Positions 27,681 through 37,412 of a stretch of 64,000 bases of DNA are shown piece by piece; positions within the stretch are counted from its first letter, which is position 1, and every line of letters begins with the position of its first letter. The notes beneath the pieces are model-generated. The model was given only the letters and a program-made list of their open reading frames with translations. It made no database searches and had not been told where the DNA came from. The DNA comes from an uncultured Acidimicrobiales bacterium (lineage in GTDB: Bacteria; Actinomycetota; Acidimicrobiia; Acidimicrobiales; DATKAS01): contig CAVTEI010000003.1 of NCBI GenBank assembly GCA_963733765.1, positions 1,867,336 through 1,931,335 of the forward strand. The letters are read 5' to 3'. The position numbers and the translations under genes were made by a program.

Positions 27681-28652
27681 TCACCACGCGTAGGCCTCGG
27701 GCGCGGTGCCGCCGGGGCCCGGGAACAGCTCGTCGAGCCGCCGCAACGCGTCGTCGTCGAGAATGATCTCGAGTGACCGCAGGCCCCCTTCGAGATGGGC
27801 CATCGTGCGCGGTCCGACGATCGGAGCCGTCACCGCCGGTTGGTGCAGCAACCACGCGACCGCGACATCCGCAGGCTCGTGCTCGAGCTCGTCACACAGC
27901 GCCTCGTACCTCTCGATCCGCTCTCGGTTCTTCTCGACGCCCGCCGCCGCCCGCCCACCCTTCGACCGGCCGAGGTCCTGCTTGCGCAAGATGCCGCCGA
28001 GCAGACCTCCGTGCACAGGCGACCACGGCAGGATGCCGATGCCGTAGTCGACCGCGGCGGGAAGTACCTCGAGCTCGACCGTGCGCTCCATCAGGTTGTA
28101 GAGCGACTGCTCACTCGCGAGGCCGGAGAAGTGGCGGCGGTGGGCGGCTTCCTGGGCCTTCACGAGATGCCAGCCCGCGAAGTTCGACGACCCGACGTAC
28201 AGCACCTTCCCTTGTTGGACGAGCGTCTCCATCGCCTGCCAGATCTCGTCCCACGGCGTCTTCCGGTCGACGTGGTGCATCTGGTACAGGTCGATGTAAT
28301 CGGTCTGAAGGCGACGCAGCGATGCCTCGCACGCGAAGCGGATGTTGCGCGCCGAGAGGAACGTGTCGTTCGGCCAGTCCGACATGCTGCCGTACAGCTT
28401 CGTTGCGATGACCGTCTTCTCGCGGCGGCCGCCGCCCTGCGCGAACCACCGGCCGACGATCTCCTCGGTCCAGCCCTTGCGGTCGCCGAACCCATAGACG
28501 TTGGCGGTGTCGAAGAAGTTGACGCCTTCGTCGATGGCGCGATCCATGATCAGGTCGGAGTCGGCTTCGTCGGTCTGCGGGCCGAAGTTCATCGTGCCGA
28601 GGCAGATGCGGCTCACCGACAGACCGGTGCGACCGAGATGCGTGTACTTCAT
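27681..28652 (-). CDS. Aldo/keto reductase
   Basis: Trimmed to ATG 28652 (MKYTHLGRTGLSVSRICLGTMNFG...FFDTANVYG...), with GAGGAG upstream. 323 aa. Confidence 0.9.
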   Translation of the reverse strand: MKYTHLGRTGLSVSRICLGTMNFGPQTDEADSDLIMDRAIDEGVNFFDTANVYGFGDRKGWTEEIVGRWFAQGGGRREKTVIATKLYGSMSDWPNDTFLSARNIRFACEASLRRLQTDYIDLYQMHHVDRKTPWDEIWQAMETLVQQGKVLYVGSSNFAGWHLVKAQEAAHRRHFSGLASEQSLYNLMERTVELEVLPAAVDYGIGILPWSPVHGGLLGGILRKQDLGRSKGGRAAAGVEKNRERIERYEALCDELEHEPADVAVAWLLHQPAVTAPIVGPRTMAHLEGGLRSLEIILDDDALRRLDELFPGPGGTAPEAYAW

Positions 28653-28665
28653 GGTGGGAATCTCC

Positions 28666-29544
28666 TCAGATGAGTGCGGGGGCGAGGGTGCGCCATTCCT
28701 CACGCGGGAACGAGGCGGGATCGGCGACGAGCACTTGGACGCACACGTGGTCCGCGCCCGCATCGTGGTGGGCTCGCACACGCTCGACGATCGCGTCGGC
28801 GTCTCCCCACGCAACGATCGCGTCGATCAGTCGATCGCTGCCCGGAGCCGCGAAGTCGTCGTCGCCGAAGCCCAGATTGCGGAGGTTGTTCGTGTAATTC
28901 GGCAGGACGAGATATCGCGACGCGTGCTCACGTGCGACCGCACGCGCCGCGGTGGGGTCGTCGTCCAATACCACCATCTGCTCGGTCGCGAGCAACGGAC
29001 CGGTCCCCAGCGCCTCGCGAGCGACAGCCGTGTGCTCCGGGGGTACGAAGTACGGATGCGCGCCTGACGTGCGACGCGCTGCGAGCTCGAGCATCCGGGG
29101 GCCGAGTGCGGCGAGCACCTCTTCCTCGTGGGGAACCGGCGGAGACTCCGCGTCGAGCGCGTCGAGGTAGTCGACCATCTTGCTGAACGGACGCTTGTAC
29201 TCCTGGTTGCTTCGCTCCACTGCTGGCGCGTGACTCACTCCCAGACCGAGGAGGAACCGTCCGGGATGCGCCGTCGTCAGCTCAGCGTGTCCATTCGCGA
29301 CATCGGCGGGCTCGTGCATCCACACATTGAGGATGCCGGTGGCCACGACCGCGCTGCTGGTCGCCTCGAGGAGCCGTCGCGCATCGCCGAGCACGTCGCC
29401 GCCGGCGCCGCCCGGGATCCAGAGCGCCCCGTAGCCGAGCTCGTCGAGCTCCGCCGCGGCGTCAGCGGCTTCAGCAGGATCGCCTCTTCGCAGAACTCCG
29501 CTCCAGATGCCGACACGCCCGAGGTCTCTGGGGGCAGGGTCCAT
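28666..29544 (-). CDS. LLM-class F420-dependent oxidoreductase
   Basis: Trimmed to ATG 29544 (MDPAPRDLGRVGIWSGVLRRGD...LGYGALWIPGG...RFLLGLGVSH). Confidence 0.75.
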   Translation of the reverse strand: MDPAPRDLGRVGIWSGVLRRGDPAEAADAAAELDELGYGALWIPGGAGGDVLGDARRLLEATSSAVVATGILNVWMHEPADVANGHAELTTAHPGRFLLGLGVSHAPAVERSNQEYKRPFSKMVDYLDALDAESPPVPHEEEVLAALGPRMLELAARRTSGAHPYFVPPEHTAVAREALGTGPLLATEQMVVLDDDPTAARAVAREHASRYLVLPNYTNNLRNLGFGDDDFAAPGSDRLIDAIVAWGDADAIVERVRAHHDAGADHVCVQVLVADPASFPREEWRTLAPALI

Positions 29545-29561
29545 GCGTCGCAGATTGCCAC

Positions 29562-30578
29562 TCACGAGAGCCAGGCGCGGGCGAGCCTCTCCAGACTGTC
29601 GAGGCGCTCGGGCAGGGCGTAGGTGACGGTGCTCACCATCACCTCGGCGGCGTGCGTCAGACCCGCCAGCTCCTCGAGCCGCTCGACGGCCTCGTCCGGC
29701 GTGCCGACGATGCGGTTGGTGGGCAGTGCGCGAGCTTCCTCGAGGGACGGATGGGTCGCCGCGACCTCGGGTGGCTTGAGCGGCTCGAACCGGCCGCTGT
29801 GCCGGGCGAGCAGCACGAGCCTCCCTGGCAGGGCGAACCATTCAGCCTCGTCGCGGGTCTCGGCGGTGAGGACGTTCGCAGAGACGATCGCGTAAGGGTC
29901 GTCGAGCATCGGCGACGGGCGGAAGGCCTGGCGATAGAGCTCGAACGCGCGGGCCGTCTCCGCGACTGACGAGCGATCGAAGTGATGCGCGAACGAGAAG
30001 GGAAGGCCCAGATAGCCCGCGAGCTCGGCGCTGTAGCCACTCGAGCCGAGCAGGGCGATCCACGGGGTCGAGGTCGACACGGGCGTCGCCGCGAACTGGC
30101 TCCACAATCCCGCCTCCGTGCGCACGTCGCCGAGCAGCCCCATGAGGTCGAGCAGGTGGAGTGGGAAGTCCTCGGCGCCGAGCGCGGCGGGGGAGCGGCG
30201 AAGCGCCGCCGCGGTGGCGTGGTCGGTGCCAGGCGCGCGTCCGATGCCGAGATCGATCCGCCCCGGATGGAGCGCCTCGAGCATCGCGAACTGCTCGGCC
30301 ACGACGAGCGGGGGATGGTTCGGGAGCATCACGCCGCCCGACCCCACACGGATGCGATCGGTGCTCGCAGCCAGATGGGCGATGAGCACGGCGGGGCTCG
30401 TGCTGGCCACCGTGCGCATGTTGTGGTGCTCGGCCACCCAGAAGCGCGTGAGCCCCAGCGCGTCGGCGCGCTGCGCGAACGCGGTCGTCTCCTGCAGAGC
30501 GTCGCTGCTCGTCTTGCCTTCGCTCACGATCGCGAGGTCGAGCGCGGACAGGTGTGGCCTCACGCGGTCACGGTACAT
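29562..30578 (-). CDS. LLM-class flavin-dependent oxidoreductase (MsnO8-like)
   Basis: 338 aa with LSALDLAIV...FWVAEHHNMRTVASTSPAVLIAHLA...RVGSGGVMLPNHPPLVVAEQF. The start may instead be GTG 30563. Confidence 0.8.
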   Translation of the reverse strand: MYRDRVRPHLSALDLAIVSEGKTSSDALQETTAFAQRADALGLTRFWVAEHHNMRTVASTSPAVLIAHLAASTDRIRVGSGGVMLPNHPPLVVAEQFAMLEALHPGRIDLGIGRAPGTDHATAAALRRSPAALGAEDFPLHLLDLMGLLGDVRTEAGLWSQFAATPVSTSTPWIALLGSSGYSAELAGYLGLPFSFAHHFDRSSVAETARAFELYRQAFRPSPMLDDPYAIVSANVLTAETRDEAEWFALPGRLVLLARHSGRFEPLKPPEVAATHPSLEEARALPTNRIVGTPDEAVERLEELAGLTHAAEVMVSTVTYALPERLDSLERLARAWLS

Positions 30579-30587
30579 TCGCCCGCG

Positions 30588-31469
30588 ATGGATGCCTCTT
30601 TGGTCTCAGTCGTCACGGGCGCGAACTCGGGAATTGGCCGCGCCACCGCGATCCACCTCGCCGAGCAGGGTCAGACGGTGTACGGCACCGTCCGTGACAC
30701 GGCGAAGGCGACCAAGCTCCTCGCCATGGCGGGCGACCATGGGGTGGAGGTGAAGCTCGTCGAGCTCGACGTCGCCGACGACGCCTCGGTGCGCGATGGC
30801 CTTGCCTCGATACTGGCCGAGGCGGGTCGCGTCGACGTGATGGTGAACAACGCGGGAATCGCCGTGGCGGGCGTCGCCGAGGAGACCGATCCTTCCGTGT
30901 ACCTCGAGCACATCAACGTGAACGTCTGCGGAGCCGTGCGCTGCATCAAGGCCGTCCTGCCGGGGATGCGCGAGCGGGGCAGCGGGGTGATCGTGAACGT
31001 GACCTCCATCGCGGGTCGGATCGCAGCTCTCGCCCAATCGCCGTACGTCGCGTCGAAGTGGGCGTTCGAGGGCATGAGCGAGGGCTTGGCGCAGGAGGTC
31101 GCGCCCTTCGGTGTCCGCGTCGCGATCGTCGAGCCGGGTGTGACGAAGTCGGCGATCTTCGCAAAGAGTGTCGACGTGCCGCACGAGACCGGGGCCTACG
31201 ACGCGCAGTACCGGCGGTTGTTCCAGTTCTACACAGCCGGGCTCAGCGCGGCGACCGATCCGTTCGAGGTGGCGCGTGTGATCCATCACGCGATCACGAC
31301 CGACGACCCCCAGCTGCGATACCAGGTCTCGTGGGGAGCGCGCGAGATCGTCGACGGCCGGGAGCGCATGAGCGACAACGATTGGGTCGCGCTCGGCAAC
31401 GCGGAGGACGACGACGCGTACTACGACCGGTTCCGCGAGCTCTTCGGGTTGGAGCTTCGCACCGGCTGA
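30588..31469 (+). CDS. Short-chain dehydrogenase/reductase (SDR)
   Basis: ATG 30588, then VSVVTGANSGIGRATA (TGxxxGIG), NNAG, and YVASKWAFEG (YxxxK). Confidence 0.9.
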   Translation: MDASLVSVVTGANSGIGRATAIHLAEQGQTVYGTVRDTAKATKLLAMAGDHGVEVKLVELDVADDASVRDGLASILAEAGRVDVMVNNAGIAVAGVAEETDPSVYLEHINVNVCGAVRCIKAVLPGMRERGSGVIVNVTSIAGRIAALAQSPYVASKWAFEGMSEGLAQEVAPFGVRVAIVEPGVTKSAIFAKSVDVPHETGAYDAQYRRLFQFYTAGLSAATDPFEVARVIHHAITTDDPQLRYQVSWGAREIVDGRERMSDNDWVALGNAEDDDAYYDRFRELFGLELRTG

Positions 31470-31551
31470 CGAATCGTCCGTTCGGGATGATGACTCGGAA
31501 CGTGCCAAACTCCACGATGGCCGGGTCATCCGGTTCTACGAGGAGGGTGTT

Positions 31552-31950
31552 GTGTCGGTTTTGGCAGCGGAATGGGGAACCGGTCAGGTCTTCTGGTCGA
31601 TGATGTGGTTCTTCATCTTTTTCATCTGGATCTGGCTGTTGATCACAGTGTTTGCGGACATCTTCCGCAGCCACGATCTCTCGGGCGTCGCGAAGGCGAT
31701 CTGGATCATCTTCGTGATCCTCGTGCCCTATCTGGGTGTCTTCGTGTACCTCATCGCTCGCGGTCACAAGATGCAAGAGCACGCGATGGAGTCAGCGCAG
31801 GCGCAAGACCAGGCGATGCGTCAGTACGTGCAGAGCGTGGCTCCGACCGCGAGTCCCGCAGACGAGCTCGCGAAGCTCGCCGACCTCAAGGCCAAGGGCG
31901 TGATCAGCGACGCCGAGTACGAGGCGGCGAAGGCCAAGGCACTCGCCTAG
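31552..31950 (+). CDS. Small membrane protein with PLDc_N-type N-terminal TM domain and C-terminal SHOCT domain
   Basis: 132 aa with FWSMMWFFIFFIWIWLLITVFADIFRS...AIWIIFVILVPYLGVFVYLIARG and the tail LAKLADLKAKGVISDAEYEAAKAKAL. Confidence 0.75.
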   Translation: MSVLAAEWGTGQVFWSMMWFFIFFIWIWLLITVFADIFRSHDLSGVAKAIWIIFVILVPYLGVFVYLIARGHKMQEHAMESAQAQDQAMRQYVQSVAPTASPADELAKLADLKAKGVISDAEYEAAKAKALA

Positions 31951-31976
31951 CCCTCACGCACTCGCGATCTGAACGG

Positions 31977-32002
31977 AGGCGGCGGGGGTTCGCCCGCCGC
32001 CT
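31977..32002. terminator. 10-bp GC hairpin (aggcggcggg-ggttcg-cccgccgcct) between convergent genes
   Basis: Read directly. It is followed by ttt on the plus strand and sits between the stops at 31950 and 32019. Confidence 0.55.
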
Positions 32003-32018
32003 TTCGCTCGCCCCCGGC

Positions 32019-32705
32019 TCACAGGAAGCCGGCGATGATGTTGATCGTCGTCGCCACGATCACCACTCCGAAGATGTAAGCGATAAGGCTCTGCCGGAGC
32101 GCGGTGCGGCGCATGTGGCGCGTCGACAAGGCCGTGTCAGAGACCTGGTAGCACATGCCGATCGTGAACGCGAGATAGGCGAAGTCGCGGTAGTCCGGCG
32201 GCCCCTCCTCGTCGTCGAACAGCACGCCGCCGTGGGGCTCCGTGTAATACATGTGGGCGTAGTGGAGCGTGAAGACCGTGTTGACCAGCGTCCACGACAG
32301 CACGACGGTGAGCAGCGCCACGGCGACGAGAAGCAGCTCGCGTTCCCCCGTGCGCTCATTCGCACGGTGCAGCGCGAAGGCAACGCCGGCAAGGCTGCCG
32401 ATGCACGCCAGGTTGATCAGCAAACGGGCGCTGTTACGCGTCTCGTCGGCCCTCGTCGCGAGCAGCTTCGTCTGCTCCGCGTCGGCGCGATAGATGACGT
32501 GCCACACGACCGCGAGGATCACCGCAGTCATGGTGTCCCACGCCCCCAGGAGCGCGAGCTCCCACGGCACGAAGAACGCGAGGACGAGCGCGACGACCGC
32601 GCCCATCGCGATCCCGACGACGAGCCGGTTGAGCGCGGGCGCATGCGCGCCGATCAAGCGGTGATACGCATTCGGCGGCCCGGCGCCGTCAGGCTGCATC
32701 CGCAT
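32019..32705 (-). CDS. DUF1345-family membrane protein
   Basis: 228 aa with several TM helices and the motif LHYAHMYY...DFAYLAFTIGMCYQVSD. Confidence 0.7.
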   Translation of the reverse strand: MRMQPDGAGPPNAYHRLIGAHAPALNRLVVGIAMGAVVALVLAFFVPWELALLGAWDTMTAVILAVVWHVIYRADAEQTKLLATRADETRNSARLLINLACIGSLAGVAFALHRANERTGERELLLVAVALLTVVLSWTLVNTVFTLHYAHMYYTEPHGGVLFDDEEGPPDYRDFAYLAFTIGMCYQVSDTALSTRHMRRTALRQSLIAYIFGVVIVATTINIIAGFL

Positions 32706-32778
32706 TGGCTAGCCGACCGCAGCTCGGGACGTCGACCACGGGACGTGATGGACTGGCGTGCACGGCGAGAGGAGAGCG

Positions 32779-33507
32779 ATGCCCCGGCTGGAAAGACAGG
32801 ACGCGCTGATCCACTACGACGCGCGCGGCGACGGGCCTGTCGTCCTCCTCACGCACGGCTTCTCCTCGAGCGGCAATGCCTTCGCCGGCAACGCCGCCGC
32901 GATCGTGAACGCAGGATGTCGTCTCGTCACCTGGGACCTGCGTGGCCACGGGCGCACCGACGCGGGCACCGACGCCGAGTCGTACACCGTCGCTCGCGTG
33001 CTCGGGGACATCGCCGCACTGCTCGACGACGTCGGCGCCGACCGCGCGGTCGTCGGCGGCCACTCGCTCGGCGGCTACCTCTCGCTCGCGTTTCGCATCG
33101 CCCACCCGGATCGCGTCGAGGGCCTGATCCTGCTCGACACCGGTCCCGGCTACCGCGACGACACCGCCCGCGCGGGCTGGAACCGGTTCGTCGACAAGGA
33201 GGTGCGGCGGCTCGCGGAGGAGCAGCCCGGCGACGAGTCGGAGGGATGGACGCGGACCGCCGAGCGCATCCTCAAGCAGCACGACGGCTCCGTGATCGAG
33301 TCGCTGCCCGCGATCGACGTGCCCGTGTTGGTCATCGTCGGAGAGAACGACAAGCCGTTCCGAGGTGGCTCGGCCTACATGGCGGACAAGATCCCCGATG
33401 CCGAGCTCGTCGTCATCGACGGTGCGGGCCACTCCCCGAACGTGACCCACAAGGAGGAGTTCGACCGCTGCGTCACCAAGTTCCTGGCCCGGGTAGCGAC
33501 GCCGTGA
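32779..33507 (+). CDS. Alpha/beta hydrolase
   Basis: MPRLERQDALIHYDARGDGPVVLLTHGF..., VVGGHSLGG (GxSxG), GAGHSPN. The upstream in-frame ATG at 32758 is also possible. Confidence 0.85.
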   Translation: MPRLERQDALIHYDARGDGPVVLLTHGFSSSGNAFAGNAAAIVNAGCRLVTWDLRGHGRTDAGTDAESYTVARVLGDIAALLDDVGADRAVVGGHSLGGYLSLAFRIAHPDRVEGLILLDTGPGYRDDTARAGWNRFVDKEVRRLAEEQPGDESEGWTRTAERILKQHDGSVIESLPAIDVPVLVIVGENDKPFRGGSAYMADKIPDAELVVIDGAGHSPNVTHKEEFDRCVTKFLARVATP

Positions 33508-34136
33508 GTCGCGTGATCACGGTGTCCGCTACGTACGGCGCCGGTGGCAGCGTCGTCGCGCCGGGCCTGGCGGAGCGGCTCGGCTTGCCGTTCTACGACC
33601 GTCTCACCCACGGGCCGGACACGCGGACACCGGAGCGCATCGCCGAGCGTCTGACCGAGGAGGAGCGCACACAGGCGCCGCCGGGTCGTGTCGTCGCGAG
33701 CCTCAGTCACCTCGGCAGCGCGCTCGGGATGCCCGTCGGTGACGCTCCCGAGCTCGATCCGAGCTCCGACCTCCGTCGCCAAGTGGCCGAGAGCGTCGCC
33801 CGCATCGCGAGCGGCGGCGGAGGAGTCGTGCTCGGCAGGGCGGCAGCGGTCCTCCTGGCTGCGCACGCGACGTCGTTCCACGTGCGCCTCGACGGTCCGG
33901 TGGACCGTCGGATCGCGCAGGGTATGAGGATCGAGGGCGTGACTGAAGAAGTCGCCCGTACTCACCAGGCCGACACCGACAAGGCGCGGAGCCGCTTCGT
34001 CCAGCGCCTCTTCGAGCGCGACCCCGCCGATCCGCGGCTCTATCACCTCATCGTGGACTCGACCGCGGTCGCATTGCCGGAAGTCGTCGAGGCGATCGCC
34101 ATTGCCGCCGTCAGCTTCTGGGACTCCGAGCGCTGA
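33504..34136 (+). CDS. Cytidylate kinase-like (AAA/P-loop) family protein
   Basis: GTG 33504 overlaps the previous stop (GTGA). Sequence VITVSATYGAGGSVVAPGLAERLGLPFYDR...ADPRLYHLIVDST. Confidence 0.65.
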   Translation: MSRVITVSATYGAGGSVVAPGLAERLGLPFYDRLTHGPDTRTPERIAERLTEEERTQAPPGRVVASLSHLGSALGMPVGDAPELDPSSDLRRQVAESVARIASGGGGVVLGRAAAVLLAAHATSFHVRLDGPVDRRIAQGMRIEGVTEEVARTHQADTDKARSRFVQRLFERDPADPRLYHLIVDSTAVALPEVVEAIAIAAVSFWDSER

Positions 34137-34139
34137 GAG

Positions 34140-34910
34140 GTGCGCGTCGCGTTGCGCGGCGGGTCGATCGACGTCGTCGAGCTCGACGGTGATCCCGGCC
34201 GACCGCCGCTGGTCTTCCTCCACGAAGGGCTTGGCTCGATCGGGCTGTGGAGGACGTTCCCGCGCGATGTCGTGGAGGCGACGGGTCGGCGGGGCGTCGT
34301 GTACTCGCGGTTCGGCTATGGGCGGAGTGACCCGTGGGTGGAGCCGACGGGCCCCGACTACATGCACCACGAGGCGCTCGTCGTCCTTCCCGAGCTGCTC
34401 GGCGCGCTCCGCATCGAGGCTCCGGTGCTCATCGGTCACAGCGACGGCGCGTCGATCGCGCTCATCTTCGCTGGCGCCGGCGGCGACGCGTCCGGGCTGG
34501 TGCTGCTCGCGCCACACGTCTTCGTCGAGGATCGATCGATCGCGGGGATCGAGGTCGCGCGAGACGCCTTCCTCACGACCGACCTGGCCGGGCGGATGGC
34601 CAAGCACCACGATGCCGGAGCCGCCACGTTCTGGCGTTGGAACGAGATCTGGCTCGCGCCCGAGTTCCGATCATGGAACATCGAGGACTCCCTCGGTGGC
34701 GTGAGGGCGCCCGTGCTGCTCGTCCAGGGGAGCGAAGACGAATACGGGACCGTGCGCCAGCTCGACGCGGTCGAAGCGGGAGTGCCGGGCGCAGTCGAAC
34801 GTCTCGTGCTGGAGGGATGCGGCCACGCGCCGCACCTGGAACGGCCCACCGACACGATGGAGGCGGTGACACACTTCGTGCTCTCGCTTGAAGGGAAGGT
34901 GCAGCCATGA
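34140..34910 (+). CDS. Alpha/beta hydrolase
   Basis: 256 aa with PLVFLHEGLGSIGLWRTFP, LIGHSDGASIAL, GCGHAPHLE. Confidence 0.8.
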   Translation: MRVALRGGSIDVVELDGDPGRPPLVFLHEGLGSIGLWRTFPRDVVEATGRRGVVYSRFGYGRSDPWVEPTGPDYMHHEALVVLPELLGALRIEAPVLIGHSDGASIALIFAGAGGDASGLVLLAPHVFVEDRSIAGIEVARDAFLTTDLAGRMAKHHDAGAATFWRWNEIWLAPEFRSWNIEDSLGGVRAPVLLVQGSEDEYGTVRQLDAVEAGVPGAVERLVLEGCGHAPHLERPTDTMEAVTHFVLSLEGKVQP

Positions 34911-35827
34911 GCGTGCTCGACGGCCCCCGACAAGAGCAGCGCCGTGTCCTCCACGCCGGACGGGTGCACTTCTGCCGGCCCGAATCTGATGCCCTTCTCC
35001 TGGACGACGGGACCACCATTCCCGAGGCGACCGCGACCTACCTCGCGCCCGTCGACCCGAGGACGATCGTGTGCGTCCACCTCAACTACCTGTCGCGCGC
35101 GATCGAGTTCGGCCGCGATCTCGAGGGGGACCATCCCACGTACTTCCTCAAGCCCGCCTCCGCGGTCAACGCGCATCGAGGTGATCTCGTGCGGCCCGCC
35201 GACTGCGAGCTGCTCAACTACGAAGGCGAGATCGCCGCGGTCGTCGGGAGATCGATGCGGCGAGTCCGCGCCGACGACGTCTGGGACCATCTCCGAGGCT
35301 TCTGCGCCGCGAACGACGCGGGGCTCCACGACTTCCGCGACACCGACGCCGGCTCCATGCTGCGGGTGAAGGGACACGACGGCTTCTGCCCGCTCGGGCC
35401 GGGCGTCGTCAGTGGGGTCGATGTGCGCGACTCAACGGTCCGGACGTATGTGAACGGAGTCGTCGTGCAGCGCGCGCCGGTGTCGGAGATGGTGTGGGGC
35501 ATCGACGCGCTCCTCGAAGACATCACCCGTCACCTCACGCTGCTCCCGGGAGACGTCGTGCTCACCGGTACGCCGGCTAACTCCCGCCCTGTCTTCCCGG
35601 GTGACGTGGTCGAGGTCGAGATAGAGGGAATCGGGCGTCTCACCAACCGCGTCGTCGACGGCCCCGCAGTTCCGCCGGGTCAGGGCTTTCCGGCCACCGT
35701 CTCGAAGAACTGCCTCGGCGTCGCGCTCGGCGGCGACTACCGGCGGCTCAAGGACGCTGGCGTCGAGCCGTCGAGCAAGGCGTACCTCGAGCGACGCGAC
35801 GAGCTCATCCCACTCAACGTGCGATGA
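34907..35827 (+). CDS. Fumarylacetoacetate hydrolase (FAH) family protein (HpcE-like hydratase/isomerase/decarboxylase type)
   Basis: 306 aa with LNYEGEIAAVVGR...KGHDGFCPLGP...LLPGDVVLTGTP. ATGA overlap with the preceding gene. Confidence 0.8.
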   Translation: MSVLDGPRQEQRRVLHAGRVHFCRPESDALLLDDGTTIPEATATYLAPVDPRTIVCVHLNYLSRAIEFGRDLEGDHPTYFLKPASAVNAHRGDLVRPADCELLNYEGEIAAVVGRSMRRVRADDVWDHLRGFCAANDAGLHDFRDTDAGSMLRVKGHDGFCPLGPGVVSGVDVRDSTVRTYVNGVVVQRAPVSEMVWGIDALLEDITRHLTLLPGDVVLTGTPANSRPVFPGDVVEVEIEGIGRLTNRVVDGPAVPPGQGFPATVSKNCLGVALGGDYRRLKDAGVEPSSKAYLERRDELIPLNVR

Positions 35828-35837
35828 CCACCGTGCC

Positions 35838-37368
35838 ATGACCACCAGGATCGCCGCGGCGTTGACACGCACGAGACGCACCGACTCCTTCCGCACTGCG
35901 CTCGTCTGTGGTGATCGCGCAATCGGGTACGCCGAGCTCGCTGATCGCTGCGATCGGGTGGGTCCGGCGATGGCCGCGCTCGGGTTGCAGCACGGTGATC
36001 GCGTCGCGATCCTCGCTGGCAACTGCCACCGCTACGTGGAGGCGTACATCGGTGTGCCTGCGGCCGGGATGGTGCTGCTGCCGTTGAACACCCGCCTTGC
36101 GCCGGCCGAGCTGGTCGCGATCGCTGATGCCGCCCGCCCGCGCCTGCTCGTGACCGACCGCGATCCCGGTCCGCTCGGCGACGCGGTGCCAAGAGTCGTC
36201 ACCTTCGACGAATGGGACGCACTGCTCGATGGGGTGGAGCCTGCCGAGATGGCTGCCCACGGCGACGCGGACGAGCTCGCGCTCCTGTACTTCACCGGTG
36301 GGACCACGGGCCGGCCCAAGGGCGTGATGCTGACCCACCGCAACCTGGTCGCGAACTCATTCCACAAGACCCTCGCGTGTCGGTTCCAACCCGACGACGT
36401 CTACCTCGCGGTGGCGCCCTTCTTCCACGTCGCGGGCACGGCTCCGCTTGTGTCGATCCTGTGGCTCGGTGGGTCGCTCGTACTGCTTCCCGCATTCGAC
36501 GCCGGTGACAGCCTCGATCGGATCGAGCGCCACCGCGTCACCGTGGCGATCCCAGTCCCCACGATGCTGGGTGCCCTCGTCGAGGAACAGGGCGCACGGC
36601 CGCGCGACGTGACGTCGTTGCGGTTGCTCGGCCACGCGGGGTCTCCGATCACGACCGATCTCTTGCGGAGGGCGCACGCGGCGTTCCCGAGTGCAGAGCT
36701 GGCCCAGTTCTACGGCGCGACCGAGACGGCGTCGATCGTGACCTGCCTTCCGCACGAAGAACGTCATCTCGAGGGTGGTCGGCTCGGGTCCGTCGGTCAG
36801 CCGGCGGTCGGCGTCGAGATCGCCGTGCTCGACACGTCGGGAGCCCGCTGTGCCGTGGGTGTGGCCGGCGAGGTTGTCGTTCGCGGACCGAACGTGATGG
36901 TTGGCTATTGGGAGAACCAGGAGGCGACCGAAGCCGCGCTCGTCGACGGGTGGTACCGCTCCGGCGACATCGGATACGTCGACGACGAGCACTACCTGTA
37001 CCTGCTCGATCGCGCGAAGGACATGATCGTCTCAGGTGGCGAGAACGTGTACTCGCTCGAGGTCGAGGACGCGCTGAGCTCTCATCCCGCGGTGCTCGAA
37101 GCCGCGGTGTTCGGTGTGCCCGACGAACGTTGGGTCGAGGCCGTCCACGCGGTCGTCGTCGTGCGCGACGCTTCGCTCCTGTCCGAGACGCTGCCCGACG
37201 AGCTTCGCGCGCACTGCCGACGGACGATCGCCGGGTTCAAGGTTCCGAAGCGCATCGACGTGCAGGCAGAGCCACTTCCCAAGTCGGGACCCGGCAAGAT
37301 CCTCAAGCGCGAGCTGCGCCGCGCCCTACTGGGAGAGCCCGTCAGACTCCACACGCCCGGACTCCTGA
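35838..37368 (+). pseudogene. Acyl-CoA synthetase (AMP-binding ligase), C-terminal frame break as sequenced
   Basis: LLYFTGGTTGRPKGVMLTHRN, YGATET, GWYRSGDIGYVD, GKILKREL. After ~37320 the expected tail RAPYWESPSDSTRPDS* lies in the +1 frame and ends at TGA 37366-68. As sequenced, the frame runs on into the RidA gene. Confidence 0.85.
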
Positions 37369-37412
37369 CACGGGGCGTCGTGAGCGGAGACCTCTGCGTT
37401 ACGTTTCCCGAG

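Noticed and set aside
27631-27855. 74-aa ORF ending in VSGGVSGGVSGGASGGG
   Set aside because: It is mostly an off-frame reading of the 3' end of the aldo/keto reductase gene on the same strand. The repetitive tail is just the tandem repeat translated.
31572-34136. 854-aa ORF
   Set aside because: This is an off-frame or antisense read-through of four real genes. Only the final ~210 codons (from GTG 33504) match a family, the cytidylate kinase-like proteins.
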